Shown: positions 1 through 8,394 of the stretch, in pieces
Numbering within the stretch: position 1 is the first letter of the stretch
Layout: every line of letters starts with the position of its first letter
Assembly (NCBI GenBank): GCA_030754595.1
Contig: JASLZZ010000048.1
Span: 1-12,336, forward strand
Direction: 5' to 3'
From: Nitrospinota bacterium
Lineage (GTDB): Bacteria > UBA8248
Length of the DNA stretch: 12,336 nucleotides
Program-made: the position numbers and the translations under genes
Notes under the pieces: generated by a model
Told to the model about the DNA's origin: nothing
The model's database searches: none
Seen by the model: only the letters and a program-made list of their open reading frames with translations

Positions 1-1
1 C

Positions 2-100
2 ATTGCCAGGGCCCGAACCAGGATCGGAATGATGAACCTGGTCTACAACATGCGCCGCCTTGTCTGGTTGGCCAGAGACGGGATACCTGCGCGCGCATGA
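2..100 (+). CDS. IS5-family DDE transposase, C-terminal part (5' end outside window)
   Basis: Frame 2 reads IARARTRIGMMNLVYNMRRLVWLARDGIPARA*, matching the typical IS5 transposase C-terminal motif (IGxxRAxxKIGMMNLxYNxxR). Not in the ORF track. Confidence 0.88.
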   Translation: MARARTRIGMMNLVYNMRRLVWLARDGIPARA

Positions 101-107
101 GAAAAAC

Positions 108-143
108 CGGCCACCGGGAGGCTCTTCGGAGTTCCGATGGCCG
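108..143. terminator. Stem-loop just after the transposase stop, inside the IS
   Basis: CGGCCA(108-113)/TGGCCG(138-143) outer stem; inner CTC-TTCG-GAG gives a C(UUCG)G tetraloop; A-run at 102-106. Confidence 0.45.
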
Positions 144-364
144 AAGGTAAAATGGGTATGAATTGTGGCTAAAATGTTGCGATAACACAAAATCGGGGGA
201 AGTTAGGCGGTTTTTAGAGGTTCCCTAATGTCTTTTGTTTAGCCCTATTGGGTTGTCTACAGAAACCTTATTATTGCCTTATTAAAATTAGACTGACCAG
301 ATTGAACTTATGTAAGTATTTGTAAAAATGCGTATAAATATCGCCGTTCGCCCGTTTCCTTGAT

Positions 365-540
365 AATTCCCTGTTCGGTTTCCGGGGTGAAAACCCTGAA
401 TCCCTTTAAACACAGGCGAATCTTGGAGATTTTGGGGAAATAAGCCCTCAAAAACGTAAAAATTCCCTGTATTTTCCCTGTCAAACAGGGAATTTGGCAG
501 AGAAAGGTTTGCGGCTGACTCTCCCCACCGCCAAACAGTC
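365..540 (+). mobile_element. Putative attachment-site/end region of an integrative element, with a tRNA-3'-end-like core
   Basis: TTCCCTG at 367, 463 and 474, inverted at 486-492. Perfect 11-bp IR AAATTCCCTGT(460-470)/ACAGGGAATTT(485-495). CTCTCCCCACCGCCA (519-533) resembles a tRNA acceptor-stem 3' end, flanked by GACT/AGTC. Confidence 0.55.
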
Positions 541-656
541 TCCCCGATTTTTCTCCGGCCCCGGCCTGACGCCCCTTTGTCCTGTCTTTGCGGGGATGCC
601 TCGGATCAACCGTCCACTTTCATATTCTCCGGGGCTGTTCACTTGGCATAAATTGG

Positions 657-693
657 CCTGTGAGTGGTGAATTAGAAATTCGCCATGCACAGG
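657..693. repeat. REP-like palindrome, copy 1
   Basis: CCTGTG-AG-TGGTGAATT-AGA-AATTCGCCA-TG-CACAGG. Bases 669-692 match 8351-8374 at 23 of 24 positions. Confidence 0.8.
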
Positions 694-719
694 ATGGAAT
701 TTTTTCGGGGTACACCCAG

Positions 720-2093
720 CTAATCGTAACAGGCTGAAATCAATTCGGCGGGGCTCGCCATTTCATCCAGATGCGCTACGGCATCGATGATGCGTTGTAT
801 CCCGTCAGGCGGCAGTGCATGTTCAGCGTTCCGGCGAAATTTCTCCTCGACATCTTTTTTTTCCATTGGATTTTCCGGGTTCCCCCAGTTGATGGGCTCC
901 TCCCTCTCCAGGATGCGCCCGTCCGATAGCTTCATCCGGACGCCTCCGTGCAGGTACATCGGAAAACGGTCCGATGCGACGGTGGCGTAGCTGAATTTTC
1001 CGGCGAGTTCGAGGACTTCCGGATCGTTTAGATTCTCTTCCTTGAAGTCATCGAGAGTTGCGTTGCCTTTCGCCGCGGCCAGCGCTACGCAGTAGGGGAG
1101 GCTGAAAAGCGCGGCGTAAGAGGTATTTGGCTTGCGCTTGAGTTCGATCGGCTCGCATACGATGTGGGCGATCGGCTCGGGGATGATGGCCTCGATAGAG
1201 TCGATATTTCCCAGTGCGATACCGGTCTCGCGGACCAAATTTTTTGCCGCATCCATGGTAGCGTGATTGAAATGGCAACAGGGATAGGGCTTGAAGGAGA
1301 TGTTCTGCGTCTCCCACCGCTCGCCCAGGCCGCCCGCCAGGGCTTCGGGGTCGTACTCGGCGTCCTGAACATGAGTGGCGTACAGGCCAAATCGGCCCTC
1401 GAATATCTTTCGCGGGCCGATAAATCCGTGGCCTGCGAGCTGGGTGGCGGTAATTCCCGCGTGGCAGGCCCAGCCGGGGTGAAAGCGTTTCGCCCAGGAG
1501 CCGTCGTCGAGAAATTCCTGGATGCCGGAGGCTTGGCTGCCGACCGTTCCGAGCGCATTGGCTATGGTGGCTGGATCATGGCCCCATAGGCGGCCCGCAA
1601 TCGCCGCGGCTCCGAAGGCGCCGCATATCGGTGTCGCATGGAATCCTTTTGCGTGAAATCCTCCCTCCATGGCGCCGCCCACGCGGGCGATGAGTTCGTA
1701 GCCCGCCACCATGGCCGCAAGAATTTCCCGGCCATTGGCGGCGCACGCCTCTCCCACGGCGATGGCTGTGGGCACCACGCAGGCGCTCACGTGCGTGATG
1801 GAGCCGGTGTGTGTGTCGTCAAAATCGATGCCGTGCACGAGGCTTCCATTCGCCATGGCGGCATGCGCGGCGGGTAATTTATCTCCATGACGCCAGAGCG
1901 TGGCTTGAGGCGTTCCGCCCCAGTCCCGCACCAGCGAGATGATTCCTTCGGCGTAGGGCTCCTCGGTGGACGCAAGCGCGATTCCCAAAGCGTCGAGAAC
2001 GTGGAGCTTAACCTTTTCGATGACCTGGGAGGGGATGTCCTCAAAGCGGAGGTTGGCGGTAAATGTGGAAAGTTTATCGCTCATCGTTTCCAT
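720..2093 (-). CDS. MmgE/PrpD family protein (457 aa)
   Basis: Family motifs HGIDFDDTH, GFHATP, WAKRFHPG, FKPYPCCHFNH, FSLPY and GNPENPM; GGAG RBS at 2101-2104 (minus strand). Confidence 0.95.
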   Translation of the reverse strand: METMSDKLSTFTANLRFEDIPSQVIEKVKLHVLDALGIALASTEEPYAEGIISLVRDWGGTPQATLWRHGDKLPAAHAAMANGSLVHGIDFDDTHTGSITHVSACVVPTAIAVGEACAANGREILAAMVAGYELIARVGGAMEGGFHAKGFHATPICGAFGAAAIAGRLWGHDPATIANALGTVGSQASGIQEFLDDGSWAKRFHPGWACHAGITATQLAGHGFIGPRKIFEGRFGLYATHVQDAEYDPEALAGGLGERWETQNISFKPYPCCHFNHATMDAAKNLVRETGIALGNIDSIEAIIPEPIAHIVCEPIELKRKPNTSYAALFSLPYCVALAAAKGNATLDDFKEENLNDPEVLELAGKFSYATVASDRFPMYLHGGVRMKLSDGRILEREEPINWGNPENPMEKKDVEEKFRRNAEHALPPDGIQRIIDAVAHLDEMASPAELISACYD

Positions 2094-2140
2094 GGATTTT
2101 CTCCGTTTGGTGGATGATTGCCCGTCTCAATCATTGCATG

Positions 2141-3529
2141 TCACGCTTGCGACGCCTGAATTGGGGCGGCAAGCCGTCCCGGAAGAGGTTCCATAGATTC
2201 CATTTGATCGATTTTTTGCGCCACCTCGATGAGATGGATTTGCGTGCCGCTGTCTATGACGTTCCCGGTGACCCACCGGAATTTTTCGGCGACATCATCG
2301 AACCCCATGGGGTTTAGCGGCGAGCCCTTGGGCCCCGGCCGATAGCTGGTATAGGTCTGCCCGCCCCGGGTCCGGACGATGACCTTTCCGGGGAATTGGT
2401 GGGGGTAGATTTTTTCGATCTCGGGATCGACCGTGAAGCGCGCCCTATGCGCCAAGGCAACGACTTCGGAGTCGGAGAAGCGCTCCTCGGAAAATTGGGC
2501 CGGTCCGGCCGCACCGTCCGCCAGCGAGATGGCAGCGCAGTATTCGATGTTCATCTGGGCGCTCAGTGTGGTTGAGGGTTCGTATTTCCAGCTACACTGC
2601 TTCTCAACAACGCTGTGATTGAAAATTTCGATTTCATCCACATCCTCCGGCCTCAGGTTATGCTTTTCGCGGAGTTCCAGGATGGCGTCGATTGTGGAGT
2701 GAGTGCTGCCGCAGCAGCAATAAGGTTTGATGGAAGTGTTTAACATCTCCCAGCGCGAGCCGAGTTCTTCGGTGAGCAAAGAGATATCCCCGGAACCGCT
2801 GAAAGCCGAGATAAAACCGCCGTCGCCGTACTCGAAAACCTGTTTCGGTCCGGTGAAGCCCCGGCTGGCGAGGTCCGCCGCCATGAGGCCGGACTGCGCC
2901 GCCCGGCCGCCGTGAAACCGTTTGGTTTCCGAGCCGTCGCTATTGAAGGCAAACAGGCCCGCGGATTGCGTTCCGGCCAAGCCCAGCGCGTTAGCCGTTG
3001 TTTCCGGGTCGAGTTCGAGCAAGCGGCAGGCCGCCGCTGCCGCACCGAAGGTGCCGCACAGGCCGGTAATATGAAACCCGCGATTTCGGATATTAAGCGA
3101 CCCCGCCGTCAGGCTAGCGCGAATCGACGTCTCGTATCCGGCTACGACGGCCGTCGTGAATGTTTTGCCGTCGGACCCCAAAAACTCCGCTAAAGGGATG
3201 GCGGCGGCGAATACCGGCACACCGACATGGAGCTTGGCGCCGCTGTGGTAGTCATCCAACTCGTAGGCGTGCATCCATGTGCCCAAGCACAGCCCGACGC
3301 TTTCGGCGGGGCCGCGCCAGCCTCGGCCCCAGAGGGACGCTTCCTCCCTGCCTCCCTTGTCCATTACATGCTCGGCGAGAATCCGGCCCGACCGGGTGGT
3401 TGCTCCGTATAGCCCGCAGCCCACGGCGTCCAAAAGAAATTTATTTATTGTAGAACGCAGGTTTTCGGGAAGGGCGTCGAACGTAATCCGGTTGATGAAA
3501 TGGGCAATGTCGAGTGTGGGTGAAGACAT
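2141..3529 (-). CDS. MmgE/PrpD family protein (462 aa from the preferred ATG)
   Basis: Motifs HAYELDDYH, GFHITG, TKRFHGG, IKPYCCCGSTH and GSPLNPM. ATG at 3529 (MSSPTL) has a GGAGG RBS at 3536-3540 and is preferred over the ORF-track start at 3571. Confidence 0.95.
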   Translation of the reverse strand: MSSPTLDIAHFINRITFDALPENLRSTINKFLLDAVGCGLYGATTRSGRILAEHVMDKGGREEASLWGRGWRGPAESVGLCLGTWMHAYELDDYHSGAKLHVGVPVFAAAIPLAEFLGSDGKTFTTAVVAGYETSIRASLTAGSLNIRNRGFHITGLCGTFGAAAAACRLLELDPETTANALGLAGTQSAGLFAFNSDGSETKRFHGGRAAQSGLMAADLASRGFTGPKQVFEYGDGGFISAFSGSGDISLLTEELGSRWEMLNTSIKPYCCCGSTHSTIDAILELREKHNLRPEDVDEIEIFNHSVVEKQCSWKYEPSTTLSAQMNIEYCAAISLADGAAGPAQFSEERFSDSEVVALAHRARFTVDPEIEKIYPHQFPGKVIVRTRGGQTYTSYRPGPKGSPLNPMGFDDVAEKFRWVTGNVIDSGTQIHLIEVAQKIDQMESMEPLPGRLAAPIQASQA

Positions 3530-3552
3530 GAAACGCCTCCCGTCCGGTTGAT

Positions 3553-4950
3553 TTAGGAATTTTTGAAACAACCTGCAATTTCGATGAGTTTCCCCATTTC
3601 GTCCGATGAAAGATTTTCCAACGAATCGCAGAGAGCAATCAATCGTTCGGAGGCGGATTCATCTAGCTGTGACCGCAGGCAGCCCCGGATTTTCTTCAGA
3701 TGCTCTTCCTTGGTGAGCTTGGGCGCTCCCCAGAAGTCTTTCGGACCGTCGCATCGATCCCTGATGCTATCACCGTTTTTGAGTGTGACCGTTATTTCCA
3801 CATGCATCTTGTCCATGCCTATGGGGATGTCTTTGGATTGGACGAATGTGATTTTGCCGAGGAGTTTCTGAATATCCGACTTTTGTAGGCGTTCGTTGGT
3901 GAAGGTATCGATTATGATCTCTCCATCCAGAAGCGCGGCGGCGGCGACGTATTGAAAGCTGAATTTTCCTTCGATGCCGGTTCCGGGCGAGGGCCGATTC
4001 ACATAGTTCATGGCGGGGCCGACGATCTCGACGGATTCGATTTCGGAGGCATCGGAGATTTTCTTTTGGCTATCCAGCGCGGCGGTAATGGCGAAATGGG
4101 AAGGATATTGGGAGGGAAATTGCTTGATGGCGAAGCCGGGGTCTACCATGCGGTAGGGTTTACCGAAACTCAGAAGTGCTTCGAAGTCGAACTCTTCGAG
4201 GAAAAAAGCGTCCCGGTATCCGTTTTCCGCTTCAATGATTGAAGGGTTCCCCGTAAAGCCCCGCGCCGCGAGCATAGCCGATTCCAACCCCAACGAGGCA
4301 GAGTAGCCACAATGAGTGGCCTTGGTCATGGAACCGATGTTGCCGATGAGGCTTCCCGCCCGGGAGGCGGCGATGCCCAGGGCGTTTTGCAGCTGCTCGG
4401 GGCTCAGACCGAGCAGTTGCCCCGCGCCTACGGCAGACCCCATCACGCCCAGGTAGTCCGGCGGATGGTGAACGAGAAGCGCCGGTGCGAGGAGTTTTCC
4501 CGCGAGGTTGAGGCGTCCTTGTATCTCGCAGGCCTTGACGAAGGCGGCGGCGACCTCGCGGCCGTTCGCCTTTTTCATTTCAGCGGCCGCAAGGACCGAG
4601 GGCAGCGAGGGCGAAACCGCGTGGGTTGGAGGCATCCACATCGGCTCAAAATCGAGGATGTGGATCGAAATGCCGTTGACGAGAGCCGCGGATACCGGAT
4701 TGGCCCGAAAACCCATTCCGAGGACGACGGAATCGCCCGTTCCGCCGAGACTGCGAATATGATCCGCCGCGATTCGAGGACCTTCCTCGTGGACGCCTGC
4801 GATCGCGACCGCGATGCCGTCCAGAATTACTCGCTTGGCTACATTGACGGCTTCCTCGGGAATAGAGTCCGAGCCGATTTCGGCGATAGTTCGGCAGAGG
4901 CGTTCAGTGACACCGGTGAGCCGCTCCGGAGTTGCCTTTTTATCTTGCAT
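3553..4950 (-). CDS. MmgE/PrpD family protein, cis-aconitate decarboxylase (ACOD1/IRG1)-like branch (465 aa)
   Basis: VNGISIHILDFEPMWMPPTH, EIQGRL, HHPP, TKATH, AIKQFP, YVNRP, SFQYVA..LLDG and EITVTLKNG..DR.D parallel the recalled ACOD1 sequence. Starts 3 nt after the tcuA-like stop. Confidence 0.9.
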   Translation of the reverse strand: MQDKKATPERLTGVTERLCRTIAEIGSDSIPEEAVNVAKRVILDGIAVAIAGVHEEGPRIAADHIRSLGGTGDSVVLGMGFRANPVSAALVNGISIHILDFEPMWMPPTHAVSPSLPSVLAAAEMKKANGREVAAAFVKACEIQGRLNLAGKLLAPALLVHHPPDYLGVMGSAVGAGQLLGLSPEQLQNALGIAASRAGSLIGNIGSMTKATHCGYSASLGLESAMLAARGFTGNPSIIEAENGYRDAFFLEEFDFEALLSFGKPYRMVDPGFAIKQFPSQYPSHFAITAALDSQKKISDASEIESVEIVGPAMNYVNRPSPGTGIEGKFSFQYVAAAALLDGEIIIDTFTNERLQKSDIQKLLGKITFVQSKDIPIGMDKMHVEITVTLKNGDSIRDRCDGPKDFWGAPKLTKEEHLKKIRGCLRSQLDESASERLIALCDSLENLSSDEMGKLIEIAGCFKNS

Positions 4951-4953
4951 CGA

Positions 4954-6459
4954 TCAATCGTCTCTCGCCGCGGAGGCGGCGTTGGTCCCGCCGATTTTGC
5001 CGAAGACGGCCCCGCGCATCAGCCCCGCGCCGCCGGGGTAGTTGATGTAGAAAAACCCGCCCGTGGCCTCGCCCGTTGCAAAAAGGCCGGGAATCGGCCG
5101 CTCCAGGTGATCGAGCACTTCCGCGTCCGTGTTGATGCGAATCCCGCCGAAGGTGAAGGTGATTCCGAGGGAGACGCCGTAGACGACATAGGGTGGCTCG
5201 TCGATCTTCGCCGCCCAGTTCGTCTTTTCCGGATTCAGCCCCTTTGTGGCCTTCTCGTCCTTCAATGTTGGATCGAACTCGCCTTCCTGGACGGCGGCGT
5301 TAAAGTCATGGAGGGACTGGATGAATTTCGCCTTGCCGAAGCCCATGCGGCCGAACTTTTCATCCACCTTTTCGGCCAGCTCTTCGATGGTGTCCGCCTC
5401 GATGGGAACCCCGGTGCTGTAGCGGGGTTCGAGGAGCGGCACCGTCTTCTGATCGAACACCTGAAACGTGACCGCGTTGCGCTGTTTGAGAATTTCCCGG
5501 CCCATCTTGGCGTAGGTGTAAAGAACCAGATCCTCGCCCTCATCGACGAAGCGCTCGCCTTCGAGATTCAGCATCACCCCATAGAGGTAGGAGAGCCGGT
5601 TCGTCTTGTCGGTGAGATTGAGATCGCCGTAGGTTGGCGAGTCGGAGTCGATGGGCGTCGCGTGACAGCCCGACCATTCCCCATAGCTCTGCGCGCCTAT
5701 GTCGATGGCGGCGCGCGTCAGGTCGCCCGTGTTGAACCGGGTTCCGCGCACCTTGACGAGGCTCCAGTCCGGGCCCATGTAGGAGGTTCGCATCTCGGGG
5801 CTGGCCTGGAAGCCACCGCTGCCAATCACCAGCGCACGGCAGTTGATCGTCCGCTCGCCTTCGGGGCCGCGCACCTCGACGCCCGCCGCTTTTCCGCTAT
5901 TGTCAGTCACGATCCGGTGGGCCCGGGTCTCGTAGAAGACGGGTATATCCGCTTCGTCCAGCAGGCGGAACAGGTTGGCCGAGAGGCCCACGCCCTCGTG
6001 TAGGCTGCGAATCGCGCCGCCGGGGGCGAGCGTGACTTTTTCGGACCCGCTTACGCCGCCGACAACCCGGCTGAACTCGAAGGGCACGCCGAGATCGGCC
6101 ATCCAGCGCACGGTGTCGTAGGAGCGATCAATCAGGACATCGGTGAGTTCGGGGTCGGAGCGCCCGCCCGTCACCCGGGCCATGTCGCCCAGATAGTCAT
6201 CACGGGTGTAGGGTTTGACGATAACGTCGTCCGCGTTGTCATTGTCCATAACGATAGGGAGGAGGTCGCCCGGGCCATTGTAGGTGTGCCGGAAAATGCC
6301 GCCGGTGAAGCGCGTGTTTCCGCCCCGGAGCGCTTTGTCGGATTTCTCGAGGACCGCCACTTTCGCGCCCTCCGCATGCGCCGCGAGGGCGGCGGTGATT
6401 GCCGCGTTCCCGGCGCCGACAACCAACACATCCACTGAATTATTATTAGAATCGCTCAA
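4954..6459 (-). CDS. tcuA: FAD-dependent tricarballylate dehydrogenase TcuA/CobZ-like flavoprotein (501 aa)
   Basis: DVLVVGAGNAA FAD-binding motif, RGGNTRFTGG, GGFQA, KVRGTRFNTGD, WSGCHA, RFVDEG, GITFTFGG and NYPGGAGL..GAVFG. TTG start preceded by an AGGGAGG RBS. Confidence 0.88.
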   Translation of the reverse strand: MSDSNNNSVDVLVVGAGNAAITAALAAHAEGAKVAVLEKSDKALRGGNTRFTGGIFRHTYNGPGDLLPIVMDNDNADDVIVKPYTRDDYLGDMARVTGGRSDPELTDVLIDRSYDTVRWMADLGVPFEFSRVVGGVSGSEKVTLAPGGAIRSLHEGVGLSANLFRLLDEADIPVFYETRAHRIVTDNSGKAAGVEVRGPEGERTINCRALVIGSGGFQASPEMRTSYMGPDWSLVKVRGTRFNTGDLTRAAIDIGAQSYGEWSGCHATPIDSDSPTYGDLNLTDKTNRLSYLYGVMLNLEGERFVDEGEDLVLYTYAKMGREILKQRNAVTFQVFDQKTVPLLEPRYSTGVPIEADTIEELAEKVDEKFGRMGFGKAKFIQSLHDFNAAVQEGEFDPTLKDEKATKGLNPEKTNWAAKIDEPPYVVYGVSLGITFTFGGIRINTDAEVLDHLERPIPGLFATGEATGGFFYINYPGGAGLMRGAVFGKIGGTNAASAARDD

Positions 6460-6588
6460 AACATGCCCTCCCTAGGCGTACGATGGAATAAGCCGCAATA
6501 TTCAAGAAAAAATCTAAGTTGTTGTTTTACGACCAGCTTTTTCAGTAAAGAGGCCGATGAAAAACAATATAACCGGCATAGCCCCCGA

Positions 6589-6655
6589 AGGCTGTTGAAA
6601 TTCGAATGACGGCTCCTTGTCCCGATGAGACGATCGGGAGATGTCGTCAACCCTA
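6589..6655. mobile_element. Possible miniature element or IS-end scar
   Basis: GGCTGTTGAAAT (6590-6601) matches the reverse complement of 6641-6652 (GGTTGACGACAT) at 8 of 12 positions. Internal hairpin TCCCGAT-gagacg-ATCGGGA (6620-6639). Abuts the truncation point of the CoA-transferase gene. Confidence 0.4.
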
Positions 6656-6658
6656 ATA

Positions 6659-7096
6659 TTAAGGAGCAGCGCCATAGCTGCATGTGCCGTCCGGGGCGGG
6701 CGGAGCGAGGGAAACCACGGCTACGTCGAGCTTTCGCGGTCCTTCGAAAAATAGACGGCCGATCTCGTGAAAATATGCGGGGGTGAAATCGGCGTTTCCC
6801 TCCGCCACGGCGTCGCGCATCGACTGGGGTACCAGCGTTGTGTTCAGGCGGATATGCCTAGCCATCTCGGGTCGTGTGTCCGGCGATTTCCCCAGAAGCC
6901 GCATATGTATGAGCTCGACTCCTTCGAGCTTGTCGGCGCGCTCGTAGAGCGCATTCAGGAACGCCACGGGCGCGCTGGCGTTGGCGCTTAAGGCAACCCT
7001 GTTTCCCGATTTCACGAGCTCCGCCGCTTCCCCGGGGGAGCAGACTTTTGCCCGGGAACGAGGGTTTTCCGCGGCGGTGGCCCGTTTCTTTGTCAT
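6659..7096 (-). pseudogene. Truncated acetyl-CoA hydrolase/transferase-family (4-hydroxybutyrate CoA-transferase-like) gene, N-terminal ~145 aa only
   Basis: EAAELVKSGNRV, R.AV.EG.ADF.P.YFHE and LDVA.VS..PP..DG.CSYG are the family's N-terminal motifs. The frame stops right after CSYG, about a third of the usual length. AGGAG RBS precedes ATG 7096. Confidence 0.85.
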
Positions 7097-7216
7097 CGGG
7101 CGATACTCCTGTCCTGGCCCAGCGAATCTTTGGTTGGCTTTCACTACAGGAACGACTTGATTTACCGGCGTTTATAGTACTCCCAGAGGCCCGACTGAAA
7201 ATACTTTTTGGGGCCA

Positions 7217-7268
7217 TAATTTCCGCTAAATAGGCAGGACTGGCGCGCTTCCCGCCATTCGGAAATTA
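7217..7268. terminator. Inverted repeat at the 3' end of the Gfo/Idh/MocA gene
   Basis: TAATTTCCG(7217-7225)/CGGAAATTA(7260-7268) with a nested TGGCG/CGCCA (7241-7257). No clear U-tract. Confidence 0.3.
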
Positions 7269-8303
7269 ACGTTCCTCCTCCTCGATAATCTCTGCAATTT
7301 CTACCGGCTGACCCCGCTCGGCCGAGCATAAGCCTGCCCGAACCACCGCCAGAACGTGAAGGCCCTCCTGGCCACCAACCTCGGGCGCACGGCCCTCTCG
7401 GACTGCTCCAGCGAAATCTTCCAGATTTTCCCCTACTTGCCCTTGGCCAGGGAATTCCTCGAAGGGGACATGCTCCATTTTTTCACCGTCTCTCTTTAGA
7501 ATGGAAACACCGTCCCAACGGTCGTAGTATATGTTCGCTTCGCTGCCAAACGTGTTCAGGGATAATGTGAAGCGTCCTTTTCGGTTTGTCGGACTGATGA
7601 AACTGGAACCAAGAGTACCCAGGAGCCCGGATTCGAACTCGAGCCAAAGAACGGCCACGTCGGGAATTTCCGATTTCGTCATCACCTTACTGAACGCTGC
7701 CGATACCCGGCGAATCGGGCCAAACAGATAGAGCATGTTGTCGATTTGATGTACTGCTACTTGCATCAAGGGCCCGCCGGGGGACCCATCGGTATACCAC
7801 TGCCAGTCATTGGGAGTGTAAAAGAACCCGCGATCATTCGAATAATTGGCTTCGACCATGGCGAGTTCACCCACGACCCCTTCCTGAAGCATCTGGCGGA
7901 CGATGCGCAGGCCACGCGTGAACCGATAGCTGGCATTCACGGTCAACACGACACCCGCCTCTTCACAGGCCCGAATCGCGGCCTTGGCGTCTGAGATGGT
8001 GGTGGTGATTGGTTTATCCACACGGACATGTTTGCCTTGACCTGCCGCCGCGATCGCTTGTTCTGCATGCAAGTTATTGGGTGTCGTGAGAATCACACCT
8101 TCCACTTCGGGATGCTGTAATACTGCCTCGTAACTTTCCTCCTGCTCGCATCCGAATTTTTGGCTGAAGGCCTCTCGCTTAGCCGGCGTTCGCGTGAAAC
8201 AAGTAACCAAATGCAACTTGGGCGAATCCTTGATTAATTCCGCAGTTGTATTGGCCCATCGCCCAAGCCCGACAATTGCGACCTTTAGTGGTTCGGCGTT
8301 CAT
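7266..8303 (-). CDS. Gfo/Idh/MocA family NAD(P)-dependent oxidoreductase (345 aa)
   Basis: KVAIVGLGRWA Rossmann motif, TPNNLH, GKHVRVDKP (variant of the EKP motif) and GG.L....VHQID; GGGAGG RBS. Confidence 0.93.
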   Translation of the reverse strand: MNAEPLKVAIVGLGRWANTTAELIKDSPKLHLVTCFTRTPAKREAFSQKFGCEQEESYEAVLQHPEVEGVILTTPNNLHAEQAIAAAGQGKHVRVDKPITTTISDAKAAIRACEEAGVVLTVNASYRFTRGLRIVRQMLQEGVVGELAMVEANYSNDRGFFYTPNDWQWYTDGSPGGPLMQVAVHQIDNMLYLFGPIRRVSAAFSKVMTKSEIPDVAVLWLEFESGLLGTLGSSFISPTNRKGRFTLSLNTFGSEANIYYDRWDGVSILKRDGEKMEHVPFEEFPGQGQVGENLEDFAGAVREGRAPEVGGQEGLHVLAVVRAGLCSAERGQPVEIAEIIEEEER

Positions 8304-8339
8304 GAATGTCCTCCCAAATTAGATAGACACACACCTAGC

Positions 8340-8374
8340 CTATAGATGGCGAATTAGTAATTCGCCATGCACAG
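8340..8374. repeat. REP-like palindrome, copy 2
   Basis: Perfect IR ATGGCGAATTA-G-TAATTCGCCAT (8346-8368). Flanks CTATAG/GCACAG extend the stem on the minus strand through G-U pairs. Confidence 0.85.
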
Positions 8375-8394
8375 CCCCCGGCGCAGACGATTTC

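Larger units (their letters stand above)
1..224 (+). mobile_element. Right end of an IS5-family insertion sequence (continues beyond the window start)
   Basis: Transposase C-terminus at 2-100, then terminal-IR-like GGTTTTTAGAGGTTCC (209-224), then CTAA (225-228), matching the YTAR target preference of the IS5 subgroup. Confidence 0.85.

Noticed and set aside
496..533. Possible tRNA gene ending in CCA
   Set aside because: No GGTTCGA T-loop, D-arm or cloverleaf; only the 3' end is tRNA-like.
481..690. 69-aa minus-strand ORF
   Set aside because: Reads across the REP-like palindrome and att-like site; no RBS or protein features.
720..4950. Methylcitrate-cycle prpD operon
   Set aside because: No prpB, prpC, prpE or acnD in the window, and the proteins show only general family motifs, so no prpD symbol was assigned.
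4312..6003. 563-aa plus-strand ORF
   Set aside because: Antisense shadow of the tcuA-like and MmgE genes, expected from GC-rich codon bias; no recognisable motifs.
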